64,000 bases of DNA from Takakia lepidozioides (lineage: Eukaryota > Plantae > Bryophyta), in contig CM060732.1 in the NCBI GenBank assembly GCA_030704615.1, positions 38,006,001 to 38,070,000 on the forward strand, written 5' to 3'. The position numbers and the translations under genes were made by a program. Position 1 is the stretch's first letter; each line of letters starts with the position of its first letter. The notes beneath the pieces were generated by a model. It saw only the letters and a list, made by a program, of their open reading frames with translations, did not search any database and was not told where the DNA came from. This document shows positions 9,429-21,542 of the stretch, piece by piece.

Positions 9429-12400
9429 TCAAGGAGCGCATGTTCTCGTTCTGGTTTTCTGGCGATTCCTGCACACACTTTTTTTCCAAGCCAGCTTAGC
9501 TGCGATGGTGAGTTCAAAAAATATTCTTGACAGTATTGCAGTAGCATTGGAGTTCAAAGATTCCAGTGACCAGTTGAATCTCGCTTTCCATAATTGCCAT
9601 AGAGTTGCTCCCCTGAGAACCTCAAACACTGGGCAAGTGCATGCCACTGCTTTTGAGACTTGGTTGTAGTTAAGGAGCAATTCCAACATAGTATTAGGGA
9701 AATGGCCCCATTGAGAGTAAAGGGATGCAACCATGGGCCAGATGAGAGATGGTCCTTGACATGAGATGAGGCAGTGTTCCAGGGTTTCTATTATTCCCAT
9801 GCTGCAACAAGTGCAAAGCAAGGCCTCTTGAAAGTTTAGAAATTGCCCCACTTTTAAGACTCTGTTGGTGATTTGCCATAGGAAGGCACTCAGCTTTGCT
9901 GGTTTAGATTTTTCCCACACAAGACTCCATATAGTATCCCAATTCTCCTCATGAAAGTTATGCTGTCCCCATTTGTCACTCCATTTAGCTTCAAGAGCCG
10001 TGGTGTTGTTCAGGGATCTGTAGGCCTTCTTGGCTGAGTAGGAAAAGAATTGGGAACAGGCCCCCCACAAGATTCCACTGCCACTCGCCTGGGTCGAGTT
10101 GGAGATCCTGGATTTGCACCCTCCCTATCCAGGCAAAAGAGCTACCATGGATCCAATGCATGATAGGTTTATCCAATGGGGCCATTGGGTTCAGCTCTTT
10201 GCCCGAACTCGACCAGAGGCAGACTCTAATGGGCATGGCTTGGCTTCTTTCCAGGGACAGTGTTTTTGACAGGAGAATATGGAGAGGAAACCAAAGTAGG
10301 GTTCTGCGTTAAAACCATAACCAGAAATGGAGTTTTCCATGGCTTGTGTGATGTATAAAACAGAGAAGGGTTTGTTGATGGCTTGAACCCATTGATGTTA
10401 TTTGTGAATCTCTTTGCCCTCTCTCAGATTGATCTTCCACTGATCCGGGATACTGCAGATGATGTTTTGAATACCTGTTGTGAGCCTGTTCTGCCCTAGT
10501 GCCGCTCTGAGGGTGTCCGGGGTGCTGCTCCACAAGTGAGCTATCTGGGAGAGACCTCTCAATTCCCATGCAGCCCAACGTCTTGCTTGGCCTCTCTCAT
10601 CAGCAGATGGCCTAGAAGAGTTTAGAAAGAGATGTTGCCTCATAGTTTCTTGGTAAGTGGTTGGCTTAGATTTAAGAAGAAAAGGTCTGAGTTTTTCCAT
10701 GCCTTCTAGATAGATTTCCATAGGGGGGAGCCAACCGCTTTATGATTGAAGCCCTGAGTTATCCATCTTGTGGATTTTCTCCAGTGTGTAGAAAGCAGAG
10801 GGGAGCTAAAAGCTATATTGTCCTCAATCAAGAGTTTCCACCAGCCCCCCTCAGGACCCAGGAATCTGGGGAGCCATTTGCCAAGGAGAGCCTGGATCTG
10901 CATTTCCGGGTCCAAGATCCCTAGACCACCTTTCTTCTTTGGGAGGCAAATCTGCCTCCAAGAGACCTGGGGCCGTCTGTTCTCAGCAGAGCTATGAGCT
11001 CCCCAGATGAAGTTCCTGATACAACGTTTAACCTCATTTATAAATTCAGAGTCCGGTCCCCAAGTTGAGGCGAAGTACCAGATTCCGGCTTGAAGGACTT
11101 GGTTTGCTACAAGAGCTCTCCCCGTAATTGAAAGGAAGCGGGAACCCCAGTGCGATAGCTTCTTTTTTAGCAATGCCAGGATGGGACCCATCCTTTGGCT
11201 GTCTGTTAGATCTTTACCAAAGACATAACCCAGGAGTATCGTTGTCTCCCCTGGCTAGAGCCAAACCAGTCCAATATCATTTCCCCAGGTAGGGTTGACT
11301 CCTATAGTGGACTGTGAGATATCTCCAACCAAGATGGCTTTAGTTTTTGACCAATTGACCCTGAATCCGGAGACATCAGAGAATTGCGTGAGGGTGTCAA
11401 GGGCAGCCTGCAGGGTAACGGGATTGGCGTCTAAAAGCAGGAAGGTGTCATCCACAAACATGGAGTCCTTCACCTGCATGGTGTTCTGTGTTAATTGACT
11501 GGATATTTTAAGCCCAATCACCGATGCATTGGAGTCCAAGAGGTAACCCAAAGTGTCTGCCACAAACAGAAAGAGAAAAGGGGCTAGAGGGCATCCTTGT
11601 CGAACCGATCTATGAAGAGAGGAGGGTTTAGATAGGTGGTCATTCATTAAGATTCTGCTTGTTGAACCTGCAAGAGAATTTCCACCCAATGGCAGAAGTT
11701 GGGTGGGAGCCCGGTCTTTCTCAGCATTGCAAAGAGGAAAGTCCAGTCCACCTTATTGAAGGCTTTTTCAAAGTCCAGGAGCCATAGTGAGAGGGCTTGG
11801 CCATTCTTGGAGGCATAAGAAGAGGCCTCATGTGCAAGAAGGATATTGTCTAGAATGTACCTTCCTTTGTCAAACCCCACTTGACCCGTTCGAATGAGTT
11901 GGGGGAGGAGTGGTTGAATGCGCATGGCCAGAGTTTTGGCGATAATTTTGTAGGCCACATTCAATAGTGTGATTGGACGGTAGTTTCCAATGACTGCCCT
12001 TCTCCTTGTTTGAACAACAGTGAGATGACTCCTTGGGACATAGATTGGGGCATGTGACCAATAGCTTTAATTCTGTTTGTCATGGCACAGAAGTCAGCGG
12101 CAATATGGTCCCAAAGAGCCTTATAGAACTCTACTGTCATGCCATCTATGCCAGGAGCCTTATTGTTACTCATTTTGTTCAGCGCATCCTGTAGTTCCAG
12201 AGCTGTGAAGTCATCATCTAGATAAGAAGCCTTTGCTGGGTGCAGCTTGTTCGGGACTACATGCAAGCAGTCTTGCAGCTTTTGATGGTATTGGGGGTCT
12301 CTAAGGTCTTGTTGGAAGAGGGTTTGGAAATGCGAGAAAGCCAGCCTGCACATCTCCTTTGGATCCGAGGTTTTAGAGCCCTGGTTGTCCGAGTAAAGGT

Positions 12401-13618
12401 GTTGAATTCTTTGAAGGGATCTACGCTGCTTGACCTTCTCAAAGAAATATTTAGACAGTTTTTCCCCTTTTGCCGACCAGTTGATACCTGCTTGCATTTG
12501 CAGCTTCTATTCTTGTTGGATCTAAAACGTTTCCAGGTTTTGGCATGATTCTAGGTAAGTGTGGAATGTGTGGTCATCGTAGGTAGAGGTTTCGATCTTC
12601 TTCTGGCAGATACCCAAGCATTTTTGGAGTGCTTTCATCTTCCTTTTCTGCTCTATCGATATCTGTCTACTTAGTTGTTGGCTTTCCTTGCTAGCCGCAC
12701 AGAGTTTTTCCTGAAATTTTTGGATGGGGCATTGAATATCATTGCCATTTTGATTCCAGGCATTCTCCAGCCCGCGCTTAAAGGTATGAATTTTCAGATG
12801 GCTGGAGTTGAGCTTGTAAACGCCACGACCTTTCTTCCTAGCATTGGGCATAGAGATTAATCTTGTGACACACGCATGATCGAATCCCTATGCTATGGGA
12901 TCCTGGGGAAGGAGCATGGCACCATTGGAGATGGTTATGGAAACGTAAATCCGATCTAGTCTTGCCATGCACAAGTCTTGAAGGCAACGGTTATTTGTCC
13001 AAGTGAAGGAAGGGTTAATACATCCCTGTCTATTGGCCGGGTGCACGATCTCTGAGAGGCTGTGAGTATGGAGAAGCTCTTCCCAATGACCTTTCTCTTC
13101 TAGGTTGAGCTGACCAGGACCTGAGCCTATCTTATCCGACTCGTTTTCCACCATGTTGAAGTCACTTGCCAGCACCCAGGAGTGGGATGCCGGCATTGCT
13201 GAGATCTTTTGATTTATGAGCTGCCACACACTAGAGCGTTCAGATGGTGTGTTTGGAGCGTAGATGTTAATGAAACCTATGGGGTCTGGGTCACTTTGGA
13301 GTAGGAGGGAGCAAAATTGAACTCGGCCAGCATCCAAGTTTCACTGGCTTTCATGAAGGGTTTGAGAGAAGGTGAAAGGAGGATTGCAGTGCCACCCTTG
13401 GACCCTTCATAGGATGGATTCCAGAGTGCACTGTTTGAGGGCCAAAGCTGGTCAGCGAGGCTGGCAATTTTCCTAGCACAGAGCTTGTGCTCTTGGGGGA
13501 AGACCACCGATTCTGTTTGAAGGAGGGGGGCCAGCCAGGTTCGAAGTTTAATTTTTTTTAAGTTCATTTGTTCCGATCCTATCCCCCTAATGTTCCACGT
13601 AGAAAGGTTAATCTGCAT
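9429..13618 (-). pseudogene. L1 ORF2 (AP endonuclease, reverse transcriptase, zf-RVT), broken by many frameshifts and stops
   Basis: TWNIRG, QEHK, GGTAIL, NIYAPN, DFN, FTW...RLDR (APE); APGIDG, LLDFEKAF, VRQGCPLAP, FVDD (RT); CTCC...ETLEHCLISC (zf-RVT). Confidence 0.92.
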
Positions 13619-14935
13619 TGCAAGAGGTTTTCAGGCTGAGAGGGTTAATCTCAAATGATGGCCTGTCTTGGCGGAATGCAAATTTCGTTCTTTTGTCGGA
13701 TGGTAATGGTGAGGTTATCCACAGGTGGTTCAGAGGGGTTTTGGAGACTGGATGGTTTAGCTGGAGAGACAAAACAAGGGTTGAAGGGAGGAGTGGGCTC
13801 ATTCCTGGGTATGGGAGAGGGTGGATTCTAGAGGAAGGGATTAATTTGAATAGACGTGTTTAGGTTATTTCCATGAAAAACTCAAAGAGGAGGATTTGTT
13901 TCAGTGGGATAGGGGTTTGATGAGGGAAGGGTCCTGATCCTAGGTTGAGAGAGAAGACCCCCATTTCAGAAGGGCTAGCGATTGAGGGCAGAATTTTACT
14001 TCTAGAGGGGATATCAGATTTTACACAAAGAATTCTGCAATAATTGGGACGTCTAGGAGAAGAGTAAAATATTATGAAAGGAAGGGGATTTTGGTAGAGA
14101 CTTACTTGGTGATTGAGAATCTGAACCGGGATTGGGGTTGGTGAAGGCAAGACTGGATCAGCCTGGCAAAGGAATTCCTTAAACTGAGTGGGATGACTCT
14201 GGGGTGGAGGCTGCACTACGCCATGCTCAGCTGGTGCAGAGTTGTGGTTGGAGTCCGAGGACGTTGACAGGGGAGAGGTGCTCCGAGGATTGTAGGAGGG
14301 GCGAGGGGGTTCCAGTGCGCGCTGGAGCTCCATCTGCTCATTTACTTCTTTCCCCTCTGTCTCCAGTCTGGCATAGAGCAGGGTGAAAGCTGCGTTTATG
14401 AATTCTCTTGATCTGATAAGTGCCCTGTTGTTGGTTGGTGGCTGATCTGGTGGAGGCTCCTTGATCCAGAGACCTTTGCCTGGCATCTTTCCTTGAAGTA
14501 GATCCGTTTATTCCATCAGTGCCAATGTTTGGGTGCTGGGGCTGAGAGTCGGGCTGAGACCCGGGTATTGTTCAATGTAAGACCCCCAAGTGATGATCGT
14601 GTCATGTTGCAGGGTATACCTTGGCAAATGTGCCCCCAGAAAACAGTGGATCCTGTAAGTGAGAGTGCTTATAAGAGAATTTCCCATGGTGTGTATGGCC
14701 ATTATTTCCTGAACATCCACCGAGGTAATCCAAGAGATTCCATTCCAACTCCAAGTCTTGCTATCGCGTGAAGGGGAGGGCCCTCTTTTGAAGATGATTG
14801 GAGTGATGCAGGCTGCCTTGGGGTCAGCCACCGGTAATGGTTGCGAGTGAGGTGAGGGAAGGTTTGAATGTGAGAACATAATTTAGCAATGATTGGGTTT
14901 AGAGCTACTGTGGCACGTGGTTGGGCTGATACTGG

Positions 14936-16036
14936 CTAGGGTATTTGGATGTTGGAGCTTGAAGGTGGAAGAGGCATTGGGGGCGGGGTGGGCATGATGG
15001 GAGGGCCTGCTCTCTGGGGGGGCTGCTGACATACTCCCAGTGGGGGCTGCGGATCTGCTGCCTGGAGAGATGGAAGGGTGAAGTTCCCGCCTGGGCCTGA
15101 ATTGAGAGGGCCCACCTCGCATAGCATAGGGTCCGTATAGTCTTTCCTTTTTTTGTAGACAAGAGAGGATGAACGCTGCAGGAAGGAATCCCAATTGAGT
15201 TGAGGTTCTTGCTGAGGTAGATTGATAATCCCACGTGCAAAAGAAATATTGAGGTGTTTCGTGGGATTGAGAGCCCTTGGATCTGTGGGTTGTGCTGTTT
15301 GGCTGACAGGGGTACCCACTGATAAGGCTGCCTTGTTTCTTTTGGATATAGGACAGTCAATCCTCATGTGACTCATTTGGCCGCAGATGTAGCATGCAGT
15401 AGCAGAAGTGTCTTCAGTCACTTTAACCGAGAAGAAATTCCCCTCCTCATCAATAGGTAACCATATGAATTCCGGCAGGATGGCATCTGCTGGCATTGCC
15501 ACTACAATTTTTGGAAAACCCGAATCATTGAACCTGGATACAATGGCGGTGTTTTTCCAAGCCGGGTTCTCCTTGAGTTTCTTTGTGCACATATCTGGAT
15601 CAAATACAGACATACATGCCAAGTAGACCCCAAAATGGTTTCCAATATCTGGAAGAAAGAATAAATACTGGTCAGGGATGTATGGTAGAGTAATGATCCT
15701 TGGTGCCCATACCTTGCCGTTCCGATTCCCCAATGCTTGCGTCCATGGGAAAATGTTGACATTGTGTCCTTGAAGGTGTGGATTAAAGGCAAGGGCCTTG
15801 TCTGCCGCTTCCTTGGAGTGAAGCATGATAGAGTAGAATCCTTTGCCTCTGGTGTGACAGAACTGCTGGGTTATGTCCCCTGTGCCTCCCAAGTGCATGA
15901 TAGCCCAATCTCGGGCGGCGGCCCAATCTACTTTCTTGCCAGGGAAGTGCAAGAGCACCCCACGCCCTTGAATTTCCGACATGTGCCCTTTGAGGTGGGA
16001 CACATCTACCTTGACAGTCGATGTGTTTTTGCTCAT
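14936..16036 (-). CDS. L1 ORF1 (DUF4283/RRM-like region + CCHC knuckle); probably extended by frameshifted Pro-rich segments to ~13608
   Basis: GKGFYSIML...NIFPW, then CYICGQMSHMRIDC (CX2CX4HX4C). Confidence 0.85.
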   Translation of the reverse strand: MSKNTSTVKVDVSHLKGHMSEIQGRGVLLHFPGKKVDWAAARDWAIMHLGGTGDITQQFCHTRGKGFYSIMLHSKEAADKALAFNPHLQGHNVNIFPWTQALGNRNGKVWAPRIITLPYIPDQYLFFLPDIGNHFGVYLACMSVFDPDMCTKKLKENPAWKNTAIVSRFNDSGFPKIVVAMPADAILPEFIWLPIDEEGNFFSVKVTEDTSATACYICGQMSHMRIDCPISKRNKAALSVGTPVSQTAQPTDPRALNPTKHLNISFARGIINLPQQEPQLNWDSFLQRSSSLVYKKRKDYTDPMLCEVGPLNSGPGGNFTLPSLQAADPQPPLGVCQQPPQRAGPPIMPTPPPMPLPPSSSNIQIP

Positions 16037-16289
16037 AGCAAGCTGGAGTCTGGCGATGTCCTGGAGGTGATCAGACTGCTGGGTTCTGTTTACCTCCGAC
16101 TATGAATTGGCTGAATTGGCTGACAGGTCGATGTCCTCACTGCCAGGCGTATCGAGAGAGCGGGGAGCGCCAGTAGATGGAAGCGGGCGGAATGCCGATG
16201 GGTGGCTGCTCGTGAGGGACTGATGCGCCAGGAAAAACCCAGTGCCAGAGGATGGCTGGGGTTCTCTAATAGCTCACTACTACTTAAGA

Positions 16290-17302
16290 CGATCGCAGCG
16301 AACTATTCATCATTCAAAACAATCTTTTTTCATTTCTGTAAGCTTTCAACCTTAGCGTCCTTTGGCTTCCCAACCTCGCACGCACTCATGCTTTGAGCTT
16401 CAATGGCTTTATTACTCAACCTGTAAGCTCCCTTAATCTCCTCACCTTCTCTTGGCATTACAAGTTTTTTCAAGGTCCAAAACAATCAGAGGTTCTCTCA
16501 TCGAGGCCTCTCTCAGCTTTCCAGGCCTCTCTCCCGAACCTCCCCTCGCGGATCCCAAGCCTTTCGCTTCTAACCTCGGCCCAGACCTGTCGCCATCAAA
16601 ACCACTTGACGTAATGAAATTGAAATGCGCTAACTCCTCATCCGAGCTCCTCCCCCACCTAGTACCAACCTGTTTCCACAACGCTTAACAAAATCAACCC
16701 TTCATCCCTCCCTGACCACATCTGAGCTAATAATCTCACAGCCTCATGATTCTCCACCTCCATTAACTCCAGCCGCCAAGCCCTGTACCTCTGACTATCA
16801 CCATTCATAACGGGTCCCTCTCCCACGTACCACCTAAGGAGTGCTGAAAAGACAACTCGCACCTCACTCGCATTTCCAGCCCCCTTTGCTCTCTTCCCAG
16901 CTCATGGCGACCTCTAACAGCTCGTAGAATCCCAGGCATTCTCTGCTCGCTGAATTCTCCTCGCATCCTCAAAATCCTCCCTCAATTTTCATCTTTGGCA
17001 GCTCATCTACCTCTCTCCCTCACTCTCTCCGGGCCTTACAGCCCTCCCCCTAATTCCTCTCATCTCTCTTCCATATAATGGGCCCCTCAGGTAGCAGGCC
17101 CCTCAGAGGGTCATCCTCCAGCAGGACCCACCACCCTCACTCCAGGATGCCAACCATCCTCGCTTGCAGACTGTGATATGGTGTTGGAGGATCTCAAAAA
17201 CAAGGATGTTTGGGGCAGGGAACCGTTGAACGACACTCTCTCTCACAGCCTCTCTCACCTTGAAACGCGGAGCTCACATCGCGATCTTTTTACGACCCCT
17301 CA
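16290..17302 (-). mobile_element. Degenerate TE-derived segment, possibly LTR-retrotransposon terminal or extra-ORF sequence
   Basis: Broken Glu/Arg-rich frames on minus; the minus strand starts TGAGGGGTCGTAAAAA, which resembles an LTR start. No diagnostic domain. Confidence 0.3.
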
Positions 17303-18292
17303 ATTGTCAAAAGTTTTCATAAGGGCCTATGTCTTCTATTTCATTATATATATATTATAGTTCAATATATAAGGGGCAAAAAATCGAAAAAAGAAGGACT
17401 AAAAGCCATCTGACAATCTATAAGTTGTTGAAGTTTATAATTTCTTTCCCTTTTGAAACCCTATTGGAATATGGGGTCTTATGGAAGAACACAGATCATA
17501 TCTAGTCAAGCAAATTTACATTGTAGCAAAATGAGGTACACAAAAACAAATTGTGAAGGCAAAGATGGAACTTAGTTCCTTATTGCTAGTCAACCTTTGG
17601 GACTCGTCTAGGGAACAGTACATACCATGACTATTGCCAATCAGGGCCCACGAAGAATGAAGAAACTCAAGTTTAACATTCTCCTAGCCTATAATGTCTG
17701 GAGCATGTACAGTACATTACCCGTTCCAGCTCATTTGACAACCATCCTCACATCCCCAATTTAACTAACTTTGCAGTAATACTGCGAGAATACTGCTGCC
17801 GAGAGCTTTGACCTTTTGACAATATCTCTTCTAGCCATAGATTACAAGTGGTTGAAAGAAACTTTTTCTATTCGGCTTTTTTTTCTTAACTAGATATCCA
17901 GCCAAGTTCCGTGGCTGTACTGGGTTCAGTTTTTTTTTTTTTCTCTTTTGTTCAGTTTCTTTTGCTCCAAAAACGGCTTGGGACGTGAATGCTAACCACA
18001 ACGGCAGAGTGTCAATTGTCACTGTTGTGTAAGCAGAGATATCTGAGAAAGTTCTATACACAGGAGCATACATATTGCTGTATTTCAGAGCAGACGCACA
18101 GACACAATGTTTATTGTGAAAAGCTCATCATGTGCAGATAGATGTCGCTTGTAGCTGCATAAGGATCCTACTTATTACAAGCTATTCATGAGAGCTGAGT
18201 GTGCATGTCAGTCTGCTCCGTTGAGTCCATAGTAGCCGTCGCGCAGGATGCAAAGCTTGGGGGCAAAGTGTAGACACGCAAGCGGATGGATG

Positions 18293-20633
18293 CTACAAAC
18301 TCATCCACACTTTCCTTGCTTTACTTGCTGGGTGGGAAATTGGTTTGCATTTCCATCCGTGGTAATGCAGTGATGCCAGATCGTGAGCGTGTGCTGCCAT
18401 TGTTTCATCATCTGCAGCACCATGCATCAGGCGTTGTTAACATAATGGATTTCACTCGCACAATCAATCAGCATGAATAAGAATGATCTATTATATTGGT
18501 TGCGCTTGCATGACATTAGCCATGGACTACGTGATAAGCAGTTGATAGTTTTAAAAAAGCATGACGGTTGCAGTGTCCTCCTTCCAGTTCCAGTTCTGCT
18601 ATTCATTGTTAAACTTACCATATACTCCCAGATACACGTCCACTTCTGCTTTCGCTTCCGACATGTATGCCACTCTTGCTTCCCATTTACATCCGTTCCT
18701 GGTAATGTCAGATAGCACAACCCACAATCGAGTTTAGATAGTCGTTGATAGCCCCCGGGAAACCATTAACAATCATTGATGTTTCCCTTAACAATGCCCA
18801 CAATTTAGAGGAAGAGGTCACATATTTCTGATGAATTCATACCGATTCAATGATTCCCAATTGGGCCTATTAATGAACATTAGGAAATACTGCCATTCTT
18901 CAGCTTAAGCGCAATTTTAAGCGACGCACAGTTCAAATGTACGTACTTGTTTACGCCTTTGAATTGTGATGCCCCACGGGTGAATCCTTGAGTTCCCCTG
19001 TTGATCCGTTTTTTCCAGCGGTTAGAGTGCTGAATTTCTTAACAACTGATCCCATGCAGCAGATTCACCTCAGTCTAGCACAATTATTGCTCCCACTTTG
19101 TCCAGCTGTCAGATAAGTGATCACTTACCTCTTCAAAGACCAGATGTAATCCTCAGTGCTTACATTTTCCATCCCTTGCAACTCCTCCTTGTAGTTCCAG
19201 ATCTGTGACGTACGGTTGAAGTCATCTTATAAGTTGTGACGAGTGTCGTTGCCAATGAGAGCCATACATACGTCGTCCACCGATAATCCAGTTTTTAACA
19301 AATAAGAAGAATCTCAGGAGAGATTTCAGGGAGTGTTAGAAAATGAAATCGTTGTTCACAGTGCGTGTGTGTCGTGACTTGCTACGTCCACACTCTCTGC
19401 AGAAGGGGTTTCGGGCCTCACCGGGAAGTTGAGCTCGTACGTTCTCTTTCTTATCATAGGAAGCTTAAGCTTCAATGCTGCGAGATCGTGTACCTTGGCA
19501 GCTTCGAGTTCCGAAAGGTAACTACCTGAGATATTGCAGACGAGATTACATCACAACGATATCATTGCATAAATTGTCAGGTGCTGAAAAACATGTGCAC
19601 GAATTAGAAAAATTGCTCTTGAGCTGTTAAAGTCAGTAGCGAGGGTTCATGAGCAAGAAGATGAGGATCATACAGTATCACTATTGAAAGGTGCTATAAC
19701 TTGGTCTCACCAAGATATTCTGCTCGAAGCCGAAAGATGGATCAGTTGGAGTTCGTTTCAGCACCAAATCACCAAAAATCGCTCGATACCACGCCCAGTT
19801 GACAGCACAAGCAGAGCAAACAAAGATCATATCAAATTATTATCCTTAGAACAACTGTCAGAACAATCATTAATTAAGAGACATATTCCAGTAGCTGCTA
19901 TTAAAGATCCGTAATTAACTGTAGTTGCATGAGTTGCAGTATCTGAGTGGGTAGACTTCTGATATTGACAGATGTTTTCTTACAAGATCACTACAGTTGC
20001 AAGTCCACGATGGACAGAAGCAGAAATCAACTAGGGACTGATTGAATTTCACCCTGTGGTCTACACAGAAAATCATGTACTCGTAAATTCAATAGGGATT
20101 GGTTAAATTATGAGCTCGCCTATGTCGTAAAATCTGAAAAAGGCATTTCTAGACTGGAGATTGTGAACTGTATTACCTTGTTTACCCTTCTTCGCCCTGG
20201 TTTTGATTTGGCCATTGCTATTCCAAACATGTGCCCCATAGAATCCTGATGTGGGGTGCCTTAAATCAAACTTACTCATGGCCTGGTAGCTAGAAAATGG
20301 AGATGTCACTTTCCCGGAATCCGTTCTAATCCGTTTGAAGGGAGCATGCAAGCCAGACCTCAATGGCCGAAGACGAGTCAATTCTGGTCTAATTGGGGAT
20401 GACTTACCGATAGACCCCCTTGTACTTCGATGTCTTTTCGTACTTCGGCTTCGAGCATGCAAAGGTAAGGTCGAAGGAAGATCGTTTTCCTTCAGGCTTG
20501 ATTCGCAATCCATGTTGTCATCCAGAAGCAACATATCCCATGATTCCATATGCTTCCACTGATCTACTTCCGGTACCACCCAATCTTCCAGCGCTTGTTG
20601 AACCTCATCAGACAGCTGATAATAACCAGCCAT
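18293..20633 (-). pseudogene. Diverged double-AP2-domain transcription factor gene (AP2 subfamily, ANT/WRI-type exon structure); likely damaged
   Basis: GT-AG exons 20633-20177 (...SGFYGAHVWNSN...KKGKQ), 19719-19711 (EYL microexon), 19525-19422 (GSYLSELEAAKVHDLAALKL...LNFP), 19202-19129 (linker YKEELQGMENVSTEDYIWSLKR), 18997-18947 (GTQGFTRGASQFKGV), 18698-18619 (KWEARV...VYLGVY) and 18411-18293 (DETMAAHAHDLASL). The terminal TNFP is out of frame. Confidence 0.85.
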
Positions 20634-21151
20634 TGCCTCGTAACAGTCCAGTCGTTTCTATGGTTGCAGATAGTAAGCAGAATAAACTTACACACGCGTT
20701 TGAGCAAAGTTCTGACAGCGTAACTAGATTGCGTTGATAAGTGAACATACAGAACGAGCAGGCTGAAAGTCTCTATAGACACCAGATAAAAGAAGAAGCA
20801 GAAGGAGAACAGCAACTGATCGCAATGAACTTCAACAAAACTGACAGAATCTACATAGACAGAGAACCAGCCCACGATATGAAAGCTAGCCGAGCATGTC
20901 AGTGATCAGTTTGGTGTCTAGAGGGAAATGAGAAGGAGTGATTAATATTAACGAGGAGCTCTCTCTCACCATCGCCCTCCCCACACTCTGGGATTGCGAT
21001 TGTCTGTTCACCGTTCGATTGTGGACGTAACGACCAAATTGTGTAAGAGGATATTTCGTTTTTCCCTGGCTGTCCGATAGTATCAATCGACGGTCTAGAT
21101 CGGGGACTGAAGTTCGGGAACTCGTGCGCGTCGTCTTTTTGCCATCCGACG

Positions 21152-21521
21152 CGCTTGTGCTATAGATTTCGAGTTTGCTTTACTCGCTCATTCTCGTTGT
21201 GTTGTGTTTGCTGTAGCACGGTGCTCCTGATCTCGCATGGGATCAGAGAATAGTTCGGGGTGAGGTCTACTGTCTCAGCAAGTTTATGCTACAGGTGGTA
21301 AATGTACTACGATCGCTCTTAGCTTTGCGCTTGTGCTTATATAAGAGAGATTTCGAGTTTGCTTCACTCGCTCATTCTCGTTGTGTTGTGTTTGCTGCAG
21401 CAGTGCTCCTGATCTCGCATGGGATCAGAGAATTGAATTAGTTCGGTTCGGGGTGAGCTCTATTGTGTCAACAAGTTGATGCTACAGGTGGTAAACGTAC
21501 TGCGATCGCTCTTAGCTTTGC
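21152..21521. promoter_or_regulatory. Tandem duplication (~180-190-bp units) in the shared upstream region of the divergent AP2 genes
   Basis: GATTTCGAGTTTGCTT.ACTCGCTCATTCTCGTTG...GATCGCTCTTAGCTTTGCG occurs twice in tandem. A regulatory role is inferred from position only. Confidence 0.7.
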
Positions 21522-21542
21522 GTTCCGTGAAGTTATTCCAGT

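Larger units (their letters stand above)
9109..16290 (-). mobile_element. Near full-length degenerate L1-clade LINE
   Basis: ORF1 with a zinc knuckle, then ORF2 (APE-RT-zf-RVT), in canonical order. Ends are approximate; no TSD recognised. Confidence 0.93.
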
